NCBI GenBank assembly: GCA_032718475.1
Contig: JAUCBJ010008236.1
Location: 1 to 58,623 of the forward strand
Direction of reading: 5' to 3'
DNA from: Nemertoderma westbladi
Taxonomy: Eukaryota > Animalia > Xenacoelomorpha
DNA length: 58,623 nt
Shown here: in pieces, positions 25,999 to 38,175 of the stretch
Position numbering within the stretch: the stretch's first letter is position 1
Layout of the letters: each line of letters opens with the position of its first letter
The notes under the pieces: generated by a model
Seen by the model: the letters and a program-made list of their open reading frames with translations, nothing else
What the model was told of the DNA's origin: nothing
The model's database searches: none
Program-made: the position numbers and the translations under genes

Positions 25999-26916
25999 TT
26001 AGGGCGGTGCGTTTTTTACTTTTTATCGATTTCATTGTTCTACCGGTGCACAAAAGTTGCCAAATGGTAAAAAAATAAGGCAAAAAAAATTCTTTAAATT
26101 TCATCTATATCTTCACGGATCCCAAGAGGGTTGAAATTTTGTGCCATCGCGATGCACCATAATGAAATGTATAACAATATAACACATTGATGAAAGATCA
26201 ATGACTCAAAAAATAACTTCCTGCATGCATCAAATTTCATGAAATGGGTCCAAACTTTGTTAGATACCAAAATTTTAACTTTTGGGTCAAGGGAACTAGT
26301 GCCACAGGCACATGGCCAGAACCTACCATTTGGCGCAATTGATGATTATTCTCAATTTTCGCGATGGCCAAATTTGATTTATCCTACTGCATTCATATTA
26401 TGCTCATTAGAACCGCAATGGCCGATTTAGTGGGGGTAGACACCTTCAAAACAAACGTAGAGCGAATAGTTCTTGAGATATCGCAGAAAATGTGAAGTCC
26501 GGCACAAGTCTACATTACCGCCTTGATGTGATATGTACAAATACACAATAAATGATATTTTGAATTATATCAAGGAATCAAATTCGCTCTATGCTTATTT
26601 TGACGGTGTCTATCCCCACTAAATCGGTCATTGCGGTTCTAATGAGCATAATAATACTAACTAAGTTTGGACCCATTTCATGACATTTGATGCATGCAGG
26701 AAGTTCTTTTTTGAGTCATTGATCTTTCATCAATGTGTTATATTGTTATACATTTCATTATGGTGCATCGCGATGGCACAAAATTTCAACCCTCTTGGGA
26801 TCCGTGAAGATATAGATGAAATTTAAAGAAAGATTGAAATTTATTAACCATTTGGCAACTTTTGTGCACCGGTAGAACAATGAAATCGAAAAAAAGTAAA
26901 AAACGCACCGCCCTAA
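25999..26916. mobile_element. Non-autonomous foldback DNA element (TTAGGG/TAGGG termini, possibly hAT-related)
   Basis: ~250-bp TIRs (TTAGGGCGGTGCG...CGCACCGCCCTAA) plus an inner inverted pair (~26397-26445 / 26604-26651), flanked by the direct repeat AGAGC. Confidence 0.8.
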
Positions 26917-28066
26917 AGAGCATATTGCTTAAAATATATTAAATTTAATATAAATATAATTTGCTATACAAATTTCTGGCTGCTTATATTGCATGCATAT
27001 AGTCCAACAAAATCAAATCAAGTCTCACACAGTCTCATATAGGAATAGGCAATCAAAGTGTAATCTATGTACCCCTTTCGATATCGCTTAATGCACTGAA
27101 TTCTTAATAATAATATACAATTATTTCTTATATTTAATAAACTGTAATTTTATTAGGAAGAACTTTCACCTTTCTGTAATATAGTATACTTCTAAGAATA
27201 CACCTCATTAGTAATAATAATGTTATAAGTTTAATTAGATTGTTTACTCGGGCAAATGGGTGGCTTTTAATATAAATGCTATTTAATTATTTATTTAATA
27301 CTAAATATTATTACCCTTAACAAAGGATGTTACCCAATACATGAAAACTATTTTTTGCTCCAATCATGTCTTGATGAATAAAATATAAAAAAGTAGAAAG
27401 TTTCATGGGTGGTGCTAAAAATTCTGGAACATTTAATACAAAAATCGACACACCGGCACTATTAATGGTATAGTACCCTATTAATTAAAAGTATAGAGAT
27501 AAACATTTACTGATAATTAATAGGTAGAGAACTATAGAGAAACCCACCACACAGCACAAATATCAGTTAAAAATTATAAAATAGAGTTAAGTACAGAAGA
27601 GGCGATGTAGATTAATTAGCTAGTTGCTGCATATGACGTTCCTATCCTGTCTGGCCTTATGGCAGCCCAGCACCATCTTCCAGTTCAAGCCCACTTCTCC
27701 ATTTGATGCGTGACCCACGAACGCAATGGGATGCGCCTCGGATAAGGGCAAACTGGACTCGTGTCCTACTCTTACTGTCTTACTCGGGTAAATTGGTTAG
27801 CGCAAATTTGCGGGATTTCCGGCATCGGGACCGGGATTATCACTCTTGTGATCCCGTCTGCGTAAAACTTAACTATAAATAAACTTCAATAAACACTATA
27901 TTACGTAACTAACGGTCAACAATCAAATTATTCATAAACCACAATATTACTTACAAACTAATAAACTATCTTAATTCAATTTAATACGATGCAGAGAGGT
28001 TCCAACCACGAAGACTATAACAGTCTACAGTACGAAACCAAGACTTCTCCATTTGGCTGAATATAT

Positions 28067-28457
<391 letters not shown>

Positions 28458-28766
28458 GATGTAAACTGTTACCTTGAAATCATTTCAATGTCATTTCAAT
28501 ATGAGACAGAAAGTCTGGAATTTCAGTCCGTCGATTTCAAGGTCATTTCAATATGCCATCAATGTCATTTCAATGTCAATGCTACTTTCAATGATATTCT
28601 ATGGACACATTTTGATCAAACTTTGATCAATGTTTGATCAAAGTTTGATCAATGTTTGATCAAAGGAATGCTTTTTGAGAGCGGGACTGTATCCTGCAGG
28701 AGGACAAAATAAATTTTAGTGGGTTTGAAAAATTAATATAATTTAAATAAAAACATTAAGGGAAAG

Positions 28767-29501
28767 GAGCAGGTTACAGTGGCGGTGTTTTCTAACCAAA
28801 ACAATAAACTATACATGATTTCTCTTGCGGTCAATTTGCGCTGAAGATCACGATATTTACTTGCAGTCAAAGTGCGCCACTATCTGAATAACCCATGCTG
28901 CATCGATTCGCCTTGTCACCTAAGCCATATCTATTTTCATTAATGAGATAATTTATGGGTAAAAATTTTATCAAGAAACTAAGTGCAATAGTGTGTCACA
29001 GATGAGGTTCGCACTCGCCAACCCATCATCAATAAGCATAAACGTGATAGGGGCAAGTATGTGGTGCTGCTTCCCTGCGGATAGTTAGTTAGGTACCATC
29101 TTCATTTCAGTAGGCCTATATCCTAGTTATAGCGCCTGTATCCCCCCGCATTGGAACATACAGTACTGTAGTTTCTTCTGACACCCTACTGTATAGAACT
29201 TACTGTAGCTTCTTAATAATATAGCATAACTTTGAGGCAAAAACTTCCAAATAGAAGACAACCGTCATGTAAATTGAAATTATATACAGTATATTTATTT
29301 TCAAATTAATATAATGATTCATCATCGTTAACATACCCTTTTCTGCGTCCGATTTAAGTCCAATAGATACAGAACCAACGCTCGTAGAATTCGGAATGTC
29401 AGAATTTGCACTATTCGGCTTGGTGATAACGCCGTCATCTGAACTCGCTGTGGTTGTCAAAGTTGAGGCTAATGATTTCCCTAATAAATATATAATTAAT
29501 A
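28767..29501. repeat. Left copy of a ~735-bp direct duplication flanking RTE family A
   Basis: Matches 48965-49152 plus 50214-50762 with scattered substitutions and small indels. Confidence 0.9.
29337..29480 (-). other. Candidate 144-nt phase-1/phase-1 exon (Ser/Thr-rich) of an unidentified host gene
   Basis: TTTATTAG|GG acceptor and AAGG|GTATGT donor; open frame KSLASTLTTTASSDDGVITKPNSANSDIPNSTSVGSVSIGLKSDAEK; GC-richer than its flanks. Confidence 0.45.
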
Positions 29502-30991
29502 CTACTACTACTAGGTAGAGCAAACTCGGACAGTGGAAATGAGATCCTTCCAGGCTTCTCGATTCTCCATAGTTGTCGCAATTTCGTTTCTCCCAAGTTC
29601 AGTATCCCTTTCAAGTTGATCTATATATGTTATGGCAGGTCGTCCACGACTACGCTTTCCATGAGTTGGTTGCCAGAGAAGTAGATCTGGTATGACCTCG
29701 TCTTTACTTCGCCAGCAGTGCCCACTGAATCTTAATCTGCGTTCACGGAGGGTGGTTGATACAGGTGGTATTGTACCATAAAACTCGGCGTTTGTCATGT
29801 GCTGTCTCCAGCTGATGTTTAGGGCTGCCCTTAGTTGTCTTGTGTAGCAACCATCAATTCGTTGTTCAAGTGATTTAGTCAGTGTCCAGGTCTCACCCCC
29901 GTATAAAAATACACTTTCCACTGTGGCTCGAAAGAACTTAGTCTTCAGGTGCCTGGAGAGATCTGATTTCCAGATGGTATCCATTTTTGATAGAGCTACC
30001 CAAGCCTTTGCTTTCCTAACTTCTATGTCCTTTTTGCTACTCTCTATCCATGATCCAAGGTACTGGAAGTCATCGACCTTCCTTAGTTGATTATTATCAA
30101 TGGTTGTCAAGTTTCCATCAACATTAAAGGTCATGAATTCGGTCTTGTTAGCATTGATATGCAATCCAACCTCCTTAGCAGCCCTCTCCACTTTATTTAG
30201 TAGAAGCTGTGCATCTGCTAGCGTATTAGAGAGCAGGGCGATGTCATCCGCAAAGTCAGTGTCTGTGACTGTAGTTGCCGGATATCTACTACTTCTGCGT
30301 TCTTGAAGTGTGAATCCCAGATCTTCACCCTTTGTGGCCGTCCTTATTGTGTAATCCAGCACAATTAGAAATAGTAATGGTGCTAATGTGTCACCTTGTA
30401 GTACGCCAGCCAGGATTGAGAAAAACTCAGTTTCACCATCTGGTGAGAGTACCTGCGCTTCTGTGTCACAATATAGCAATCCAATGCCAGCAACAATTAC
30501 TTCTGGTATTCCATAAGCTCTTAGGATTTCAAGCATTTTACCTCTATGGATGGAGTCGAATGCCTTCTTGAAGTCCACAAAAGTCATGACTGCGGGGAGA
30601 TTCTTTGACTTAATTCCTTCAATCAGTCTCCGTAGTGCAAGTATCTGAGCTATTGTTGATCTACTTGGTCGAAATCCGTTTTGGCTCTTACGCAGTAGTT
30701 TCTCTATGTGAGGCCTAATCCAATATAGAATCATTTTATTGTATATTTTGGCAGCTACCACAAGCAGACAGATCCCACGATAGTTTGTTGGTATGCCGAG
30801 GTCTCCTTTCTTGGGGAGAGGCTTTAGTTGACCTTTAGTCCAAATTGGTGGTGGCTTTTCCCCTTTTAACATCCGGTTGCAAACATTCAATAATGGTCTA
30901 TTTAGCACTCCGGTTTTCCATACCTCCGCTGGGATTTCATCTAATCCACTCGCTTTATTATTGGACATGCTTTTAATGCTTCTTTGGAGTT

Positions 30992-31542
30992 AGGCATGGG
31001 CAGCCTTGAATAGGCTTTCCAGGATTTGGAAGTCACCGAGAATTAATCGGAAACTTAAGGTCCGATTATTTAGAGCAGCAGTAGTTCCAGTACTCCTCTA
31101 CGGGAGTCCATGCTGGGCTCTAACTGCTGAGGACACCAAATCTCTGGATGGCACATTCACAAGAATGCTACGCCGGGTTCATTGTGTCAAGTACAATGCA
31201 CACATCTCCAACCAGACACTATATAACATTGGAGGTGTCTCATTGGTTCCCCCAAGCTTGACACTAGAACAAAATCGCCTCCGCTTTGCAGGACATTGCT
31301 TTCGCCGTGAGGACCAGCCAGTGCATAATCTTGTACTTTGGCAGCCTCATGGAGTGAATAAGCATGGTGGACAGCCCATGACTTTCTTGAGACGCATCTT
31401 AAAGGACACTGGCCTTAAAGATGCGGATGATCTAGCAAATGTCATGGGTGATAGGGAGTTGTGGCGGTGCAATTTTGTTGACAAGCCGGCACAGCATTCT
31501 TAAAAATGCAGCTGCAATGCAGCATGCCGATCCTAGTAGTAG
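30992..31542 (+). mobile_element. 5'-truncated RTE family B copy inserted antisense into family A
   Basis: Near-identical to the reverse complement of 10449-11000; ends CCTAGTAGTAG; 8-bp TSD TTGGAGTT (30984-30991 / 31543-31550). Confidence 0.95.
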
Positions 31543-32746
31543 TTGGAGTTCGGCAGGTGTAAAGTCCCCTGTTTCTATAGGTAGTGTCTTGTCATATATT
31601 TTCCTTGTAGGGCTGACCTCGATGTTTGGTGGCTGCCCAAGCAAGTTGCTGAAGTGATTTTTCCACTTTCCAACACGTTCTTCAGGACTATCGGCTTTGA
31701 GGCGCCCCTTTGCACAACTTTTCCGACCAGATACCTCATTTACAGTTTGCCAGGTAAGTCTTGATTGTTGCTGTATGTGAGCAGTTGTAATTGCTTCAGT
31801 TTTATCCTGTATGTACTTTTCCTGGCTGATGTTGTAGGCCAATTTATGATCGTCCTTAGCTTTCTCAACCTTGTTAATGTTTTCGGTTGTTGGTTGTTCG
31901 GTTTTAACTTTGTAGGCTATCTTAAGATCTTCTCTCTTACAAGTAACCTCAGAGTTTTGCCATGGCAAATACTGTTTTCGTTTAGGTTTCAGGGGGATAT
32001 GCCTCTTAGCTGATTCCTTGTGGGCTGTTATTATATTCTGGTATGTTGAATCGGTGGATTGGTCTTCATCCATTGACTGAAGTGCTTCAAAGCGGTTTTA
32101 AACTTCTACTGTATAAGCATCCTTTACAGCATTGTCAGTTCTGAGTTTCTCCCAGTCATAGTTGATTTGCTTGCTTGTCCTGGGTTTGCTGGCTCTCAAA
32201 CTGAGTCTGATCTCTGCAGTCACAATTCTGTGGTCCGAACCAATTAGGTTGAACGAGCTGTATGCCTCGCAGTTTATCATGCTATTTCTCCACTTTTTGT
32301 TTATAAGGATGTAATCCAGTTGTGCTTTGGTTCCATTAGGGTATTGAAAGGTCCATAGCTTCCCCTTACTCTTTTCGAATGTGTTGTTTGTTGGTATCAA
32401 TTCACATTCTTCCATTAGGTCTAATAGGAAGTACCCATTTCTGTTAGAACTGGTGTTATAGGTGCAACCCTTGATGTCTTCTGGGCCAATTTGCGCATTC
32501 AGGTCACCAGCAATGACTTTAACATTGTGTTTCGGGATGTCCTTAATAAGTCCAGTCAGTTCTTCATAAAACTTGACTGCTTGGTCTGGCTCTGATGCAT
32601 TGGTTGGAATGTAGCAACATATAACTGTTGTCTTGGGATTCCCATCAAATGTTGCGATCATAACCCTGGAATTTATAGATTCGATGTTGTTTAGGGTCTT
32701 AAGTGCAAATGGGCTTAGCAGAATTCCTACTCCACCAATTGATGCA

Positions 32747-33811
32747 AGTAGTAATGGTTTGCCACTCGGCGACAGTTAGACCCACTTCGCACCTTGGGTG
32801 TTAAGTAGGTCATTAATTAATTAATCAATTAATTAATTGGTCGATTAAACAATTAATTAATTGTTTAATCAATCGATTTGTATCAAATAATGTTGCCAAA
32901 GGCAATTTAATTTGATACAAATCAATCAGATAGGGGGACGCGCGATGAATAAATTGTACTATAACAAACGAAATATACAATACAATATACAATACATTTG
33001 TATTATTTTTGCCGTACAATAAAATGATAGAATTAAATATAAAGACGCAATCGAGGCCCAAAACATAAATATACCCTTTCACCAAAATAAAGTGGCCCCA
33101 GTTTGGTCCCGAATCATCCCTCAATAATCTATGGCTGTTTGGGCTCTTATTAACCGTAGCATGACTAACCCAATCATCAATGCGTGAATGGGACCTGCGT
33201 GAATGGGGCCTGCGATAGAGCTTAAATTATTCATACCCACAGCTTCGTTATTACATCAATTCATCCAAGAAATTAGAATAAACATCTGGTATGGCATTAG
33301 TTTGCATTCTTTCGCATTGTATTGCGAAGCAGTCCACGCGCATATTAGCTCAACAACAAAGCCCTACCCAAAACACCACATGTCAAATTAATTCCCAACC
33401 ATCTCTTTACTACAGTGGATACTGCAGTTTTTTTTTGTTTGAAGTAATTTCAGAGATGCTCTAGCGTAACATTAATTAACATACCCATTCATTCATTACA
33501 CACACTTTTCTCCAACGCACTCCCCCGCTTCTCAATTCATCCCATTTCCCTTCGTAACTAATGTTTTACATTTAATTAACCCAATAAAATGTGTTTATTA
33601 TTCCCACAATCCAATAGCGCGTCTCTCTCTCTCTCTTTTTTATTTCTATTGGTTCCCACAAGCTTCACTTTTATTTTCATTGGTTATCCTTTCCCTTATA
33701 AACCCCCACCCTTCGCTTCGAACTTTACTTACAAAAATATTATTGACAATTTTACTTTTTATTTAAAGTTATAATACATTTATTGTTATACATAATATTA
33801 TATTTTCTTCA
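32747..33811 (+). repeat. Polinton left TIR
   Basis: Reverse complement of 47628-48693 with only a few differences. Confidence 0.97.
33585..33730 (+). promoter_or_regulatory. Pol II promoter within the left TIR (four CCAAT/ATTGG boxes + TATAAA)
   Basis: CCAAT at ~33581 and ~33611, ATTGG at ~33648 and ~33679, TATAAA at ~33697, ~115 nt upstream of the ATG at 33814. Mirrored in the right TIR upstream of pPolB. Confidence 0.65.
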
Positions 33812-33813
33812 CG

Positions 33814-35526
33814 ATGGCTCAAGCTCAACTCCTTCAAAAGTTCAACTTCCCTCAAGTAAAAATTGTTTCCAACGAAAATCAAATATCTCTCTCAGACAAC
33901 TCTTTCGGTTTATATTTTGATCCTTCAAACAAACGCTTTCCAATGATGGTTACCACTTCATCTAACCAACCCCAACTCATTCCAGCAAATTATGCACATT
34001 TCATTCTACGATCCTGCTTTGAGTTGAAGGATGGACAATATCAAACTCTAAATAATGATAAATTTCATTCCGCAAACCATGGTTTCAAACTGCACAAATC
34101 AGAATCGAATATAACGTTCAATCTGACAACCTCGTTAGAAACATTTGTAATACCTCAACCGGTTGTTGAATATATCCACAGCAATGTAACACAAGAATCT
34201 GCAAACAAGCTCCTTGGTATGTCAACACTCAAAGCTTCCTTTTTTGTTGATGAGTGTCTGTTTGATTTTCATAATATTTCAAACTCAATTCTTTTAATTA
34301 TTTGGAACGCCTCGATTCATCCCCTCAAAGATGAATCTCGTTTCTTCAAACTGTTTGGATATGATGTACTAACTTTTATTGAACAATTGAATGAAATAAC
34401 CTGTTTCTACAACAACAACAAAGCACATTATTTTGGTTTTAATTTTAAAGTTGTTCGTTATTCGAAAACATCCCCACTAAAACCTATTGATTTAATACAA
34501 CTAGAAGATACAGTAGATGGGGGTTGGTTAACCATTTCAGACACTGCGGCTGCTTTACTACAACATTATATAAACATTTGTCGTCCTTACATCAATCCAA
34601 TCTCGCACATTGTCTTAGAGCCAGAGAACTATGTTTCTTTCGATAGTTCTACTTTTGGTTATATCACAAACATTAATAATAAAAGAAACATTGCAATCGC
34701 GAGCGGAGTTGAGGTTGATTCAAACAAAGTTATTGTTTCCACAAGAGATGCACTTTTACTCATGAGAAATGAACTTCTTAAAATTTCATGGTTCGATTCT
34801 GCGGTCGAAGGATACGAATGCTACGATGAAGTCAACCACGAAGAATTAATTTCAGATCGAATAAAAATTTATACCGCTTACAACTGCGAAACCCTCGAAA
34901 TTTCTGACAGACGCTATGACTACATGTTCTCTATTGACAATACAGATCGCGCCCGAGAAGCACTCTCTGAACTAAAGTCATTGGCCAACAATAGTGATTA
35001 TGAACCAAAGCAACTACAACTACCTAATCACCAGTGTCTTAATTTATACGAATCAGTAGCGGCTTTCATTTATTCATTCAAAGGCGAAGCTTATGTTGGC
35101 ATATGGCCCGTCATCAAAAAAGATTTGAAATCAACCACGTTTCAGTTTACCGATGGTTTAAATATAAAAGCGAGTGATTTCTCCAACTTTCATCCCATTC
35201 AACAATCCACTTCCTTCCATTACTATCTCACCCCCCTTATACACATTCAACATACACCATCAGAAACAATTATTGTCAGCCTGAAGACAACAAACAAATT
35301 AACCCTACCTTCAAACTATGCTGTTGAGTGTTGCATCAACTTTCTCAAACGCACACTAAAAGACGCAGTTTTCCTCCCCAAGCAGATCCACCTCAATCTA
35401 TTTCACCCTAATGATTCCCCCAACATCTCTAAAAGATATTCGATGGAAATTGTAAAACGAAAATTAGCTCACTATCCTCCATTAGAACAGAAAAAGATAA
35501 AGCTAGATGCTGTGGATTTAAACTAA
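33814..35526 (+). CDS. Polinton accessory protein, 570 aa, with a PC4-like (ssDNA-binding/coactivator) motif and a C-terminal NLS-like end
   Basis: Long intact ORF starting 3 nt inside the TIR boundary. AFIYSFKGEAYVGIW...DGLNIKASDF resembles the PC4 pattern VSVRDFKGKVLIDIREY...KGISLNPEQW. Ends PPLEQKKIKL. Confidence 0.6.
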   Translation: MAQAQLLQKFNFPQVKIVSNENQISLSDNSFGLYFDPSNKRFPMMVTTSSNQPQLIPANYAHFILRSCFELKDGQYQTLNNDKFHSANHGFKLHKSESNITFNLTTSLETFVIPQPVVEYIHSNVTQESANKLLGMSTLKASFFVDECLFDFHNISNSILLIIWNASIHPLKDESRFFKLFGYDVLTFIEQLNEITCFYNNNKAHYFGFNFKVVRYSKTSPLKPIDLIQLEDTVDGGWLTISDTAAALLQHYINICRPYINPISHIVLEPENYVSFDSSTFGYITNINNKRNIAIASGVEVDSNKVIVSTRDALLLMRNELLKISWFDSAVEGYECYDEVNHEELISDRIKIYTAYNCETLEISDRRYDYMFSIDNTDRAREALSELKSLANNSDYEPKQLQLPNHQCLNLYESVAAFIYSFKGEAYVGIWPVIKKDLKSTTFQFTDGLNIKASDFSNFHPIQQSTSFHYYLTPLIHIQHTPSETIIVSLKTTNKLTLPSNYAVECCINFLKRTLKDAVFLPKQIHLNLFHPNDSPNISKRYSMEIVKRKLAHYPPLEQKKIKLDAVDLN

Positions 35527-35832
35527 ACTTTATGTTACTTGTCTATTGTAACTGGTCATGTAAATGTTTACTGTTACTGTTTACTGTTACTTTACTGTCT
35601 AAATGTTAAATGTAACTGTTTAACTGTTTTGATGTTCTTTGTTTAACCCCTATATTATTTATCCAAAGTTGAAAAAGAAAAATGAAATATAGTCGACTAT
35701 TTTCTTATTTTTAATATAGCAACATTGAAATTATATTTATAACATAACACATATACATATAGCAGAGTAACATTTAAGATATAACACATTGTAACACATA
35801 AGATATAACACATTGTAACACAATTAATAATA

Positions 35833-36261
35833 TCAATTCATTATGGCTTTGTTCCGCAACCAACATGCAAGTATCTTTTCATTTTGTTTCAAGTCTGTTC
35901 CAAACTTGCGTAGAGGCGTGTCAGTTTTTGATCGTTCAGATAAGTAATATAAACAGTATCCCCCACAACTCGTCCTTAGAGGGTGTTGAACCACTTTTCG
36001 TGTCCTTGACCATTTTATTGTATTACGCAACAACCAGTCTTCTATACGAGCCGGGGGGAACACTCCAAATGAATCAAAGTATTCACCTATATTTTCATTC
36101 ATAAAAACAGCCACCCAATGCATACCAGGTAAATGAGCGGCTTGAGTATTTGAAATGAAGCTCATTTTAGAGCCATCCTTTGCTGGTAATTGATCAATGG
36201 CGAAAGAACCACAATAATGTTCTCCTATTGGGAAATTATTCAAATCATATGAGTTCAACAT
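35833..36261 (-). CDS. Adenain-like cysteine (maturation) protease
   Basis: PGMHWVA (His), EYFDSFG (Asp), QHP..TSCGGYC (Gln, Cys). Confidence 0.93.
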   Translation of the reverse strand: MLNSYDLNNFPIGEHYCGSFAIDQLPAKDGSKMSFISNTQAAHLPGMHWVAVFMNENIGEYFDSFGVFPPARIEDWLLRNTIKWSRTRKVVQHPLRTSCGGYCLYYLSERSKTDTPLRKFGTDLKQNEKILACWLRNKAIMN

Positions 36262-36271
36262 GTTTTTCTTT

Positions 36272-37509
36272 CTAGAAAATAGTTACGGATCCAACATTGC
36301 TGATATTCACAGTTCTATCATATCCCACCCACATAATTACGTTAATTGTATTTTGTAAAGGAGCTGAGAAAGCATCTCTAATCTAGCATTGCCTATTTGA
36401 TGTGGGTTTCGTTCGTCTTCATCAATAAATCCCGTGGGGGATAAATTCCAAGAAAATATTGGATATAAATCACGAAATCTAGTGGGAGTAATGCCGTTGT
36501 TTGTACCTCTGGTTATAGATAGAAGGTTTTTTTGACTGGCGCAATACTCATTAATATATTGTCCATTAGCAAAATTTGGTTTATATGTCACACCTCCAAT
36601 TACCTTACCATCCAACGTAAGTTGTAAGTAATTCACATTAAAGTGATCAAACAATAGTGAATTAGATCTTAAGTTTCCATTGTAAGAATCATTTCGAACC
36701 ATGACAATATTAACAAAGCGAGGTACATTCTTGCTTGTAAACAAATTTTCCCTCACATGAGATTGTTGACCATTTGCTATAGTAAAGGTTGTCACCTCAT
36801 TCTGCATAATTGGATAAATATAATCTCCTATTTTTAATTGTTCTATATGTTGTTGACGTATATATGGATCCAATTTTACTCGTTTAATTTTCAGCAAAGC
36901 ATTAGATATATTGATTCGAGGCTCTTGTACGGCTGCAATACATACTAAGTTAAATGCATTTGTTGCTCTTGTTAATCTAATTCTTATACTAGTTTTGGGT
37001 GGGATAAATTTAACCTGTTCAAAAAGGTCAACAAATAGAGACCCCTGAACATAATATGGTCTACTTTCCAAATGAGCAGCTGCAGCAAAGTCTACAGGAA
37101 CACCAAACGCTTCTTGTTCTGCAAACCCTTCGGCAGCTAAAATCGTTTCTTTTGTACTCTGATCATTAAGTAAGACCGCTTTTAGGAAAGCTTTATAGGG
37201 ATAGTTGGCAGTATTAGACTCTACCTCCCGCTCATTAATCAAAACACTAATGTTTGAAAATAGAGTAGAGAGGCTTAGTGGTGTTTGATAAACTGCGCCA
37301 TTGTCAGGTCGTATTGTTGTTACAACACGATATACTAATTGTAGTGTTGTTTCACTTCCTATCGTATAGTAATCTTCTGACTTTTCAATCATGAAATCTA
37401 TAACTGATGTGCCCTCTCCCAATGTAGTCACAGGGTATATTTCCTGCTCAAAACTTTCTTCAATTACACTCTGAACATCACTGTGATTAAATAAATTTAG
37501 TTCTTCCAT
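36272..37509 (-). CDS. Major capsid protein (double jelly-roll), with a 1-nt frameshift near 36370
   Basis: N-terminal ELNLF..VQSVIE..IYPV, NYPYKAFLK, DLFEQ.KFIP..IRIRLTR, FDHFNVNYLQL. The expected C-terminus FSAPLQNTINVIMWVGYDRTVNI...* is in the adjacent frame and ends at 36272. Confidence 0.88.
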
Positions 37510-37535
37510 GGTTTCTTCCAGTGTTATTATTTAGT

Positions 37536-38144
37536 TTAACCAAAAATATCTGGACAGTGATGCTTTTTTGATTTGCGTTTTTTGCGAGTTTCGTTTATTG
37601 ACCTCCCATCAGCTGCGTTTAAAACTTCTTCAATAATTTTATGAGCTACTCGTTTAGTGGAAGGTTTTGAGCTGGCGAGAGCCTGTTCTGCTAATTTCTT
37701 TCCAATCTTTTTAAGTTGTGGAATTCCCCGACGAATTACTCGTTTGACAATTTTTCTCCCTGTCTTTTTTACAAAAGGAGCACTTTTGCGAATTGCTGCT
37801 CGCGCGACGGGCTTAATAACTTTGGGCACTACTTTAGTTGCAATCCGAATAATATTTCCAAGGATACCTTTACCTCGTTGACCGTGTCTCACAAAAACTG
37901 TGCGACTGTTCATGTGTCGATGTCTATATCCCCCCTCAAAATAAGGTAGTCCTCCCCCCGCCTTTCGTTTCCATTCTAATAATTGTAATCGTTGCCTCAT
38001 TATGGAAGGAGGTGTAACCATTTCTGAGCTGAGACCCTTCATCGTCCCAGTCTGTTTATTTTTAACACCACCGCGAATAACCTTATAAAGTGTTCTCTGT
38101 AATGTTTTCTACAAACTCCTTTGATAATAATCTTTATAACTCAT
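37536..38144 (-). CDS. Basic virion core/membrane-active protein with GG/GxG cleavage motifs; in-frame TAG at codon 12 (38109-38111) or start at 38042
   Basis: QRGKG followed by the amphipathic ILGNIIRIATKVVPKV, Lys/Arg-rich, ending DIFG, as in conserved Polinton small structural proteins. The upstream in-frame ATG at 38144 gives MSYKDYYQRSL*. Confidence 0.7.
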
Positions 38145-38175
38145 TGCTTCCTAAATATATTTCCTTATTTATCGT

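Noticed and set aside
32747-32752. Link between the Polinton AGTAGT termini and the (AGT)n LINE tails
   Set aside because: Short AG/AGT terminal repeats are a normal Polinton feature, and the insertion is in the LINE endonuclease region, not its tail; likely coincidence.
32825-33774. Short ORFs duplicated at 47665-48613
   Set aside because: Mirror images caused by the Polinton TIRs; no protein features, and they overlap promoter motifs.
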